NCBI GenBank assembly: GCA_046096085.1
Contig: JBJTJS010000267.1
Location: 1-34,548 of the forward strand
Direction of reading: 5' to 3'
DNA: 34,548 nt
DNA from: a bacterium
GTDB taxonomy: Bacteria; Actinomycetota; Actinomycetes; S36-B12
The notes under the pieces were generated by a model that worked only from the letters and a program-made list of their open reading frames with translations, was not told the origin of the DNA and ran no database searches. Made by a program: the position numbers and the translations under genes. This document shows, in pieces, positions 1-6,878 of this stretch (the first letter of the stretch is position 1; each line of letters opens with the position of its first letter).

Positions 1-806
1 GCTCCTCGAGCAACGACCTCGACATGTTCGCCGTCGTCGAGGCGCACGCCGTGGCCGAGCACCGGGCCGAGGCCGAGGAGGCCGGCAGAGTCGAGGGCGC
101 CCACGGGACGCAGCCCGGTGGAGGCCACGGTGTCGGCGTTCTCCCGGTCGTTCTCCGACGCGTGCGTGTGCACGAGCGCGGACTGCGCGCGTGCGAGGTC
201 CGCGATCTCGCGCAGGTGGTCGATGCCGACGGTGAACGCAGCGTGCGGCATAAGCGCGGGCGGCACGTGGGGGCCGCCGAGTGCGGCGAGCGTCGCCGGC
301 CAGTCGCGCGCAAGGGCCATCCGCTCCTCCCAGGCCAGGCCGTCCGGGCCGGGGAAGGAGAAGAACACCGGCCCGGTGACGTGCCGGAGCCCCACCTCGA
401 CCGCGGCACGGTGCGCATCGGCGGGGTGGAAGTACATGTCGAGCGCCGTCGTGGTGCCCGACATCACCGCCTCGAGGGCGCCGAGACGCGCTCCGACGTA
501 GACCCCGCGGGGATCCATGAGGCGGGCCTCCTCGGCCCACACGCGCTCGAGGAACCCCTGCAGGTCGACGTCCTCGGCGACGCCGCGCAGCAGCGCCATC
601 GGCAGGTGCGTGTGCAGGTTGACGAGGCCCGGCATGACGAGCGCATCACGGCCATCGATGACCTCCCGGGCGTCCTTGTCCAGGCCCGGCCCCACGTCCT
701 CGATGCGCCCGTCGTCGATGGCGATGGAGACGTCCTCGAGCATGCCGCCGTGCTCGTCGGTCATGACGGCGTAGCGCGCATCGCGAATGAGCAGGTCGAC
801 GGTCAC
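1..806 (-). CDS. Amidohydrolase-family deaminase, 5'-methylthioadenosine/SAH deaminase (MtaD)-like; partial, 3' end lies beyond the left window edge
   Basis: Absent from the ORF track because it has no stop in the window. My own minus-strand translation from GTG (804-806) reads VTVDLLIRDARYAVMTDEHGGMLEDVSIAIDDGRIEDVGPGLDKDAREVIDGRDALVMPGLVNLHTHLPMALLRG...ALVHTHASEND... with no stops down to position 1. The HxH metal motif (NLHTH) and overall pattern fit chlorohydrolase/MtaD-type amidohydrolases. GTGA overlap with the mtnP stop (803-805). Confidence 0.7.
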   Translation of the reverse strand, partial: MTVDLLIRDARYAVMTDEHGGMLEDVSIAIDDGRIEDVGPGLDKDAREVIDGRDALVMPGLVNLHTHLPMALLRGVAEDVDLQGFLERVWAEEARLMDPRGVYVGARLGALEAVMSGTTTALDMYFHPADAHRAAVEVGLRHVTGPVFFSFPGPDGLAWEERMALARDWPATLAALGGPHVPPALMPHAAFTVGIDHLREIADLARAQSALVHTHASENDRENADTVASTGLRPVGALDSAGLLGLGPVLGHGVRLDDGEHVEVVARG

Positions 807-1561
807 GGCGATTCCGCGGCTTCCGCGAGCCTCTGGGCGGCGCGGTCGAGGATCGCGGTCACCTTCTCGGCACCCTGCGCGATCACGGCCAGGACATCGT
901 CGACGGTGATGGGCTCGCTGCCCAGGCCGGCCGCGGGGTTCGCCACGAGGCACAGGCTGGCGTAGGGGATGCCGCGCTCGACGGCGAGCACGACCTCGGG
1001 CAGTCCCGTCATGCCCACGACGGTGGCCCCGGCTGCGGCGGCCATGCGGATCTCCGCCTTCGACTCGAAGCGCGGGCCGTCGAAGGCGGCGTAGACGCCG
1101 TGCGGCGTGACGGCCACCCCGACATCGGCCGCGGCGGCGAGCCACGCCTGGCGCAGTCGCTCGTCGTACGGCGCGCTCACGTCGACGTGGACGACGCCCT
1201 CGGGCGTGCTGCCGTCGTGGAAGGTCCCGATGCGCTGGTGGGTGTAGTCGATGAAGTCGTCGACCACCACGATCTCCCCCGCCTCGTGGCCGATTCCCCC
1301 GACCACGTTGACGGCGAGGATCTCCGTGGCGCCCAGGTCGGCTAGTGCCTGGATGAGGGCGCGGTAGTTGACCATGTGGGGCGGGACCGAGTGCTCGGTC
1401 CCGTGGCGTGGCACGAAGTGCGCGGGACGCCCGTGCAGGGTGCCCGACGTGACCTGGGCGGGGCCGTACGCCGTCTCCACGACCCGCGTCACGGGGTCGG
1501 CGAGGAGGTCCAGCCGCGTGAATCCGGTGCCGGCGATGATGCCGAGCGCACCCCGGCTCAT
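803..1561 (-). CDS. mtnP: S-methyl-5'-thioadenosine / 5'-methylthioinosine phosphorylase (PNP/MTAP family), 252 aa
   Basis: C-terminal 252 aa of ORF 803..2173: MSRGALGIIAGTGF...HFVPRHGTEHSVPPHMVNYRALI...DDFIDYT...GPRFESKAEI...VGMTGLPEVVLAVERGIPYASLCLVANPAAG. This is the typical MTAP/PNP trimeric family pattern. The upstream part of the ORF is Arg/Pro-rich out-of-frame overlap with mtnD. ATG at 1559-1561 overlaps the mtnD stop (ATGA). Confidence 0.85.
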   Translation of the reverse strand: MSRGALGIIAGTGFTRLDLLADPVTRVVETAYGPAQVTSGTLHGRPAHFVPRHGTEHSVPPHMVNYRALIQALADLGATEILAVNVVGGIGHEAGEIVVVDDFIDYTHQRIGTFHDGSTPEGVVHVDVSAPYDERLRQAWLAAAADVGVAVTPHGVYAAFDGPRFESKAEIRMAAAAGATVVGMTGLPEVVLAVERGIPYASLCLVANPAAGLGSEPITVDDVLAVIAQGAEKVTAILDRAAQRLAEAAESP

Positions 1562-2145
1562 GTCGAACTGAGCGCGACCAGGGACAGCTCGTCGAAGGTG
1601 GGGAACCGGGTGGAGATGTCGCTGCCGGTGAAGGTCCCGACCCACCCGTCCTCGTCCTGGAAGAAGCGCACCGCGATGAAGTCGGGCGCATCGCCCATGT
1701 CGAACCAGTGCGTGGTGAGCGCCGGGACGCTCAGCAGGTCGCCCGCCGTGCACAGCATCGCGTGCACCCGGTCGCGCATGTGGAGGTAGAAGACTCCGGA
1801 TCCCGCCACGAAGTAGCGGATCTCCTCCTCGTCGTGCGTGTGCTCGTTGAGGAACTTCGCGCGGGCCGCTGCCGCGTTGGCGCGCCACTCGTCGGAGTCG
1901 ACCGGATGCAATTGGACGACGTCGACGAGCCGGTATCCGTGCTCGGCGACGAGCCGGTCCACGAGCGGGCCGTGGGCCTCCAGCACCTCGTCCTGAGTCG
2001 GGGCCGGAACCTGCGGCGGCGCGGCGGGGACGTGCTCGTAGACGACGCCGAGCGGGGCGAGGGTGTCCGCGATGACGTCGCGGTCCGACGTCTGGAGTAC
2101 GGGGGCGTCGGGGCGGTCGTCGTCCCAGACCGTGAGCAGGGTCAT
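1558..2145 (-). CDS. mtnD: Acireductone dioxygenase (ARD, cupin), 195 aa
   Basis: C-terminal 195 aa of ORF 1558..2823: MTLLTVWDDDRPD...KFLNEHTHDEEEIRYFVAGSGVFYLH...HWFDMG, with the ARD cupin metal motif HxHxxxE. AGGAGG lies 6 nt upstream of ATG 2143-2145. Confidence 0.85.
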   Translation of the reverse strand: MTLLTVWDDDRPDAPVLQTSDRDVIADTLAPLGVVYEHVPAAPPQVPAPTQDEVLEAHGPLVDRLVAEHGYRLVDVVQLHPVDSDEWRANAAAARAKFLNEHTHDEEEIRYFVAGSGVFYLHMRDRVHAMLCTAGDLLSVPALTTHWFDMGDAPDFIAVRFFQDEDGWVGTFTGSDISTRFPTFDELSLVALSST

Positions 2146-2219
2146 GGCTCCTCCTGAGGGCTGCTGGGCACATTGTGGCCCAGCGCGGCCCTGCCGGCCC
2201 CGGGAGCCCGCCCGCGCGG

Positions 2220-2807
2220 TCAGCGCCGAAGGGCGTCGACGCGCAGGGCGTACTCGCACAGCCAGTCGAGGCTCTCGGTGCGCGCGACCGCCTCGTCGAG
2301 GTCGCTGCCCCAGGCGTACAGCCCGTGGCCGGCGACGATCACGCCGGGCACGCCCGCATCGAGCGCCCCGAGGACGCGGTCGGAGAGCTCCGCCATGTCC
2401 TGGGAGTTTGCGACAACGGGGACGGTGACGCGGTCGCCGTCGGCCGCGCGCCCGATGCCCTTGAGCTGCTCCACGTCGACCAGGGTGACCCCCGCCGGCC
2501 AGCGCGCGGCGGCGACCACCACCGAGAGCGCGTGCACGTGCACTGCGGCGCTGGCGCCCGTCGCGGCGATGACGGCGCCATGCACCCGCGCCTCCGCGCT
2601 GGGCCGGTGCGGCTGGCCGGGCAGCGCCTCTCCCCGCAGGGTGGTGCGCACCGTGTGCGTCGCGTCGAGCGCGGCCTTGTCGACCCCGGAGGCGGTGACG
2701 AGCATGTCGTCGCCGTCGCGCAGCGACACGTTGCCCGACGTCCCGCGCATCCAGCCCAGGACGAACAGGCGCTGCGACGTGAGCGCGAGCTGCTGCTCCG
2801 CGGACAT
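2220..2807 (-). CDS. mtnB: Methylthioribulose-1-phosphate dehydratase (class II aldolase/adducin fold), 195 aa
   Basis: MSAEQQLALTSQRLFVLGWMRGTSGNVSLR...PSAEARVHGAV...AVHVHAL...IVAGHGLYAWG, matching MtnB/class II aldolase motifs. GGGAGG SD lies 5 nt upstream of ATG 2805-2807. Sits in a methionine-salvage context. Confidence 0.8.
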   Translation of the reverse strand: MSAEQQLALTSQRLFVLGWMRGTSGNVSLRDGDDMLVTASGVDKAALDATHTVRTTLRGEALPGQPHRPSAEARVHGAVIAATGASAAVHVHALSVVVAAARWPAGVTLVDVEQLKGIGRAADGDRVTVPVVANSQDMAELSDRVLGALDAGVPGVIVAGHGLYAWGSDLDEAVARTESLDWLCEYALRVDALRR

Positions 2808-2808
2808 G

Positions 2809-2814
2809 TAGCCT
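2809..2814 (+). promoter_or_regulatory. Candidate -10 hexamer TAGCCT, 7 nt upstream of the mtnC ATG (possible leaderless mRNA)
   Basis: TAGCCT fits the actinobacterial TANNNT -10 pattern. It is followed by a 7-nt spacer (cccggcc) and then ATG 2822. No SD is present, and the intergenic gap to mtnB is only 14 bp. Confidence 0.35.
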
Positions 2815-2821
2815 CCCGGCC

Positions 2822-3550
2822 ATGACAGTAGCGGAGGCGTCGTTCCGCGACGTGGCTCATATCGTGGTCGACATCGAGGGGACCACGAGCCGGTCGACGT
2901 ACGTCTACGACGTCCTCTTCCCCTACGCGACGGTGCGCTTCGACGAGTGGCTCGCCGCGCACGCGGACGATCCCGCGGTGCGCGAGATCGTGGATCAGGT
3001 GGGCGCCGAGATCGGCGTCGTCGATCCCACCCGCGAGGAGGTCGTGCTCGCGCTGACCGAATGGGTGGCGCAGGACCGCAAGATCACCCCGCTCAAGACG
3101 CTCCAGGGCCTCATCTGGCAGGAGGGCTTCGACAGCGGGGAGCTGGTGTCGGACTTCTATCCCGATGCCCTGGAGGCCCTCGCGGCCTGGCATGGATGCG
3201 GCCTGCCGATCTCGGTGTACTCCTCCGGTTCGGTCCTCGCGCAGCGCAACTGGTACGCGCACTCGCCCGCGGGCGACCTGACCCCGTGGATCAGCGGGTA
3301 CTACGACACGGCGAACGCCGGCCCCAAGCGCGAGGCGGCCTCCTACGCCGGCATCGCCGCCGCCATCGGCGCCGATGCTGCGACGCTGCTGTTCTGCTCC
3401 GATGTCGTCGCTGAGCTCGACGCCGCGCGCGAGGCCGGCTGGCAGGCGGTGCGGGTGCGCCGGCCCGGGGAGTCGCATGCGGCCGAGGATGCCGGGGATT
3501 CGGCGTGCCCCGAGGTGGCCTCGATGACCGACATCGCGCTCACCCCCTGA
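2822..3550 (+). CDS. mtnC: Enolase-phosphatase E1 (HAD superfamily), 242 aa
   Basis: MTVAEASFRDVAHIVVDIEGTT (HAD motif I DxxGTT), KITPLKTLQGLIWQEGF (MtnC signature), VYSSGS, FCSDVVAELDAA. There is no SD upstream of ATG 2822. An alternative GTG at 2852 is possible. Confidence 0.85.
   Translation: MTVAEASFRDVAHIVVDIEGTTSRSTYVYDVLFPYATVRFDEWLAAHADDPAVREIVDQVGAEIGVVDPTREEVVLALTEWVAQDRKITPLKTLQGLIWQEGFDSGELVSDFYPDALEALAAWHGCGLPISVYSSGSVLAQRNWYAHSPAGDLTPWISGYYDTANAGPKREAASYAGIAAAIGADAATLLFCSDVVAELDAAREAGWQAVRVRRPGESHAAEDAGDSACPEVASMTDIALTP
2825..2830 (-). promoter_or_regulatory. Candidate -10 hexamer TACTGT for mtnB, lying inside mtnC codons 2-3
   Basis: The minus strand reads TACTGT-catggcc-GGGAGGctacATG, so a transcription start about 7 nt downstream would give a short leader that starts at the SD. 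Pattern match only. Confidence 0.2.
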
Positions 3551-3629
3551 CCCCCGCCCCGCGTCATTGCGCGATCGCTTGGGTTACGCGGTCGCGGAAC
3601 CCTTGCGAAGGCGATGTTTCGCGGCGTGG
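3548..3629. repeat. Copy A (degenerate) of a ~80-bp intergenic repeat element, REP/MITE-like
   Basis: Shares three blocks with copy B (4837-4914): tgacccccgcccc (13/13), ttacgSggtcgcg..ccc (15/19) and ttgcgaaggcgatgtttcg (19/19). The left hairpin arm is decayed in this copy. It starts at the mtnC stop codon. Confidence 0.75.
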
Positions 3630-3707
3630 CGTGGGGCGTCGGCGGCTATCCACAGCGGGCTCGGTGCAGCGTGGCGTGGGAGCGCCGCCACGGGGCACGA
3701 TTCCAGG

Positions 3708-4827
3708 ATGCCCCGACGCGAGGTCAGCGACACCGCCACCGCGCTGGATCGGGAGTTCGGCTCGGCAACGTTCACCGCGCAGGAAGCGCTGACCGCGGGC
3801 GTGGCACCCCACCGACTCTGGTCGGCGGTGACCGCCGGGACCCTCGTCCGGCTGAGCCGCGGCCGCTACCGGGTCTCCCGACACCTCGTCGTCGAGGAGA
3901 CCTCAGGACTCCCACCCCGGGTCGCCGGCTGCGTCGCGGATCGCATCGCCCTGCTCGCGGCGCGCGGCGTCCCCGCCGCGCTCGGCGGCATCGCCGCCGC
4001 GCAGGCCTGGGAGTTGCCGCTGTGGGGGATCCCCGAAGGCACCCTCCCCACGGTCTTCGTGCCGCGAGCGTCGACCGCGCGCCCGGGAGTCCAGGGGGCC
4101 GTGCGCGTATCGGCACGCGACATTGACCCCGCGCGGGTCGTCACGGGTCCGGCCGGGCTGTGCGTGACGGACCCGCTGCTGAGTTCGCTCCGGGGTCGCC
4201 GTCGGATCGGCCAAGCCGCCCCGCGTGGCGCCCTAGGTAGCCGCCCTCCCTCGGCTGTCCCTGGCCGAACGGCTGGTCGTCCTGAACGGCGGGCTGCGGC
4301 GCCAGGCCGAGTGGGAGACGGTCGGCCTCGGACGGCTGGACGTCCACGTTCTCGCCCGCGTCATGGCGGGATCGGCGACCAGGCGGGGGCTTCTCGCAAC
4401 GGCGGAGGGCGCGGCGGCGACCGCCGATGTGCGCGGAGGACGCCGCGTGCTGGAGTCGCTGGCACACGCCGACCCGCGGCTGGAGACCGCGCTGGAGTCA
4501 GTGTCCTGGGCTCGCTTCGTCGAGGCTGGGATCGATCTTCCGCAGCCACAGGCATCCGTGCGAGGCGCGAGCGGCACCCTGTGGCGCGCCGACTTCCTCT
4601 TCGGCGCCCGGCTCATCGGCGAATGCGATGGCGCCATCAAGTACCGCGACGGCATGTCGCTGTGGCATGAGAAGAAGCGGCAGTCCGACCTCGAGGCCGC
4701 CGGCTACGTCGTCGTGCGGTGGACGTGGGAGGAGATCGTGCATCGACCAGGCGCCGTTCTGGTCCGGATCGCGATCGCACTCGGGGTCGCCGTCGGACCG
4801 GCAAATCCGACCCGCTTTGCGACCTAG
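3708..4827 (+). pseudogene. Disrupted AbiEi-like wHTH / DUF559 (Vsr-like endonuclease fold) family gene
   Basis: The N-terminal half is in the frame of ORF 3567..4670: MPRREVSDTATALDREFGSATFTAQEALTAGVAPHRLWSAVTAGTLVRLSRGRYRV...LCVTDPLLSSL. After about 4193 that frame turns Arg-rich nonsense. The plausible continuation (VAVGSAKPPRVAP*VAALPRLSLAERLVVLNGGLRR...GIDLPQPQASVRGASGTLWRADFLFGARLIGECDGAIKYRD...EKKRQSDLEAAGYVVVRWTWEEI) is in the frame of ORF 4363..4827. That requires a 1-nt shift at the G-run 4192-4195 and contains an in-frame TAG at 4234-4236. Confidence 0.6.
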
Positions 4828-4836
4828 GTTGCGGCT

Positions 4837-4914
4837 TGACCCCCGCCCCGAATATCGCCTTCGCAAGGGTTACGGGGTCGCGTCCCCCTTGCGAAGGCGA
4901 TGTTTCGGCGGTGG
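4837..4914. repeat. Copy B (intact) of the ~80-bp intergenic repeat element
   Basis: See copy A. This copy contains a perfect 16-bp inverted repeat. It fills the gap between the pseudogene stop (4825-4827) and the convergent aldolase/SDR stop (4916-4918). Confidence 0.75.
4854..4901. terminator. Strong hairpin within repeat copy B; possible bidirectional terminator between convergent genes
   Basis: atcgccttcgcaaggg (4854-4869) is the exact reverse complement of cccttgcgaaggcgat (4886-4901), with a 16-nt loop. It is followed by gttt on the plus strand. There is no long U-tract, so terminator function is inferred. Confidence 0.4.
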
Positions 4915-4915
4915 G

Positions 4916-6877
4916 TCAGCGGGGGAAGGCGCCCGCGACCCCGCCGTCGACGGGGATCACCGCACCGGTGGTGCGCGAGGACGCGTCGGAGAGCAGGAAC
5001 GCCACCGACGCGGCCACATCGGCCGTTGTCACGCGCCGCTTGAGGATGTTGCGGGCGGCGTAGAAGTCCTCGAGCTCATGCGGTGCGATGCCGTGGGCCG
5101 CAGCCCGCTCCTCGCGCAGTCCGTCGTCCCACAGCCGCGAGTTGTCGAACACCGCGTCGGGATTGACCGCGTTGGCGCGAATGCCGACCGGCCCGCCCTC
5201 CAGGGCGGCGATGCGCATGAGCTGCACCATGCCGGCCTTCGACACCGAGTACGCACCGAATCCCGCCCCGGGACCGAACGCGTTCTTGCTGGCGACGTAC
5301 ACCAGCGACCCGCCGGCACCCTGCTCGCGCATGGCATGCATCGACTCGCGGGTGAGCAGGAACCCCGACGTCAGGTTGATGCGCTGCGCGCGCTCCCACT
5401 GCTCCAGGGTGAGGTCCTCGAGCGTGCCCGTGACGCCGATGCCGGCATTCACGACGATCCCGTCGAGGCCGCCGTACGCACGCACGGCCGCGCGCACGGT
5501 GGCCCGCACCGCCGACTCGTCCGACTGGTCGCCCACGACGGTCTCCGGCACCGGGCCGACCCGGGCGACCTCCGCCGCACAGGCCTCGACCCCTGCGCCG
5601 TCGAGATCGGCCAGGACGAGCGAGGCGCCGAGGCGACCGAGCTCGAGGGCGATGCCGCGGCCGATCCCGGACGCCGCGCCCGTCACGATCGCCACGAAGC
5701 CGGCGAGCGGCGCCGGCGGGGGCTTCAACGTGAGCTTGTACAGCTCCATCGGCCAGTAGTCGAACTCGAACGTGTCGACCTCGCCCAGCGGCTCGGGGAC
5801 GCCGAACGCGTCGATCACGTCCGCCGCGACCGAGTGCGTGTGCAGGGCGATGTCGGCGAGGACGCGCGCCTCGCTCGCCGACGCTCCCGAGGTGACCGCT
5901 CCCAGGCCCGGCACGAGCATGACGCGCGGCAGCGGATCGTGGGCACCGAACCCCTCGGGCATCAGGTCTGAGTGGCGGGCGACGTACGCCTCGTAGTCCG
6001 CGGCGTAGGCGTCCACGCGCGCGGTGGCATCGTCGGCCGAGCGAACGACGACGGACCGCGGCCTGATGCGCAGCATATGGTCGGCGCTGGAGACACCGCC
6101 CGCCACGATGTCGTCCACGCGTGCATGGTCGGCCACCGCCTTCAGCCGCTCGTCGATGCGCAGCACCCGGCGGCCGAGTCGTCCGCGCAGGCGCAGGAGG
6201 AGCCGCTCGATCTCGTCGTCGGCAAGGTCGGCGTGCACGGGCGGCGGCCCAGCGGCGATCCGGTGGGCGGCCACGTAGTCGCGGGCCACGTCGACGGTGC
6301 GCCGGGTCGCATCCCAGCACTCGTCGGTGGTGCTGCCCCAGGTGACGAGTCCGTGGTGGGCGAGGACGACCCCGTCGTAGTCGGCCAGGTCGCCGACGAT
6401 GCGGCTCAGCTCGAATCCCGGCCGGATCCAGTCGACATAGGCGAATCGGTCGCCGAGGGCCTCGGCGGTCACGCGCCGACCCTCGGCGTGGTTGGTGAGC
6501 GCGCAGATGGCGTCCGCGTGCACGTGGTCGATGTGCGCGAAGGGGAGGAAGGCGTGCAGGAGCGTCTCGATCGACGGGCGGCGCGAGCCCGGGTCGATCA
6601 GCGCGCGGGCGACCAGGTCGGTCATCTCCTCATCGGACATCGCATCGAAGCCCCGCAGTGCCTCGAGCTCCTCCAGGCGCAGGCCCGGGTAGTCGGCGGC
6701 GACCGAGCCGCGCAGGTCGGCGCCGGAGCCCTTGACCCACATGACGCGCTGCTCGCGCCCCAGGTGGTCGACGACGACGCCCTTCGCCGACGTGTTGCCG
6801 CCGCCGTAGACCACCAGCGACGGGTCGTCGCCGATGCGGTTCGACCGTGCGACGAGTTCGTCCAGGGGCGCTGTCAT
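4916..6877 (-). CDS. Bifunctional class II aldolase / short-chain dehydrogenase-reductase fusion (RhaD_aldol-ADH / RhaEW-like family), 653 aa
   Basis: N-terminal domain: VVYGGGNTSAKG, HAFLPFAHIDHVHADA, VLAHHGLVTWG (class II aldolase Zn/His pattern). C-terminal domain: AIVTGAASGIGRGIA (TGxxxGxG), VVNAGIG (NAG), AYSVSKAG (YxxxK). ATG 6875-6877 is 1 nt after the mtnA stop. Confidence 0.85.
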   Translation of the reverse strand: MTAPLDELVARSNRIGDDPSLVVYGGGNTSAKGVVVDHLGREQRVMWVKGSGADLRGSVAADYPGLRLEELEALRGFDAMSDEEMTDLVARALIDPGSRRPSIETLLHAFLPFAHIDHVHADAICALTNHAEGRRVTAEALGDRFAYVDWIRPGFELSRIVGDLADYDGVVLAHHGLVTWGSTTDECWDATRRTVDVARDYVAAHRIAAGPPPVHADLADDEIERLLLRLRGRLGRRVLRIDERLKAVADHARVDDIVAGGVSSADHMLRIRPRSVVVRSADDATARVDAYAADYEAYVARHSDLMPEGFGAHDPLPRVMLVPGLGAVTSGASASEARVLADIALHTHSVAADVIDAFGVPEPLGEVDTFEFDYWPMELYKLTLKPPPAPLAGFVAIVTGAASGIGRGIALELGRLGASLVLADLDGAGVEACAAEVARVGPVPETVVGDQSDESAVRATVRAAVRAYGGLDGIVVNAGIGVTGTLEDLTLEQWERAQRINLTSGFLLTRESMHAMREQGAGGSLVYVASKNAFGPGAGFGAYSVSKAGMVQLMRIAALEGGPVGIRANAVNPDAVFDNSRLWDDGLREERAAAHGIAPHELEDFYAARNILKRRVTTADVAASVAFLLSDASSRTTGAVIPVDGGVAGAFPR

Positions 6878-6878
6878 G

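Noticed and set aside
1562-2173. Long N-terminal extensions of several track ORFs (803..2173, 1558..2823, 7937..9757, 24235..25116, 25668..27122, 26899..28416, 22670..24283)
   Set aside because: The extensions overlap the upstream gene out of frame and are Arg/Pro-rich. Family-typical N-termini begin at internal ATG/GTG codons that have SD sequences or ATGA/GTGA coupling to the upstream stop.
2146-2219. Regulatory hairpin in the 74-bp mtnB-mtnD spacer (ctgggc-N8-gcccag)
   Set aside because: The stem is 6 bp, there is no U-tract, and the genes are most simply co-transcribed. It is not distinguishable from background GC-rich self-complementarity.
3567-4670. 367-aa ORF as an intact gene
   Set aside because: Only residues from MPRREV (3708) to about LLSSLR look protein-like. 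The remaining ~160 aa are Arg/Gly/Pro nonsense, while another frame carries the conserved DUF559-like C-terminus. I interpret it as a frameshifted pseudogene.
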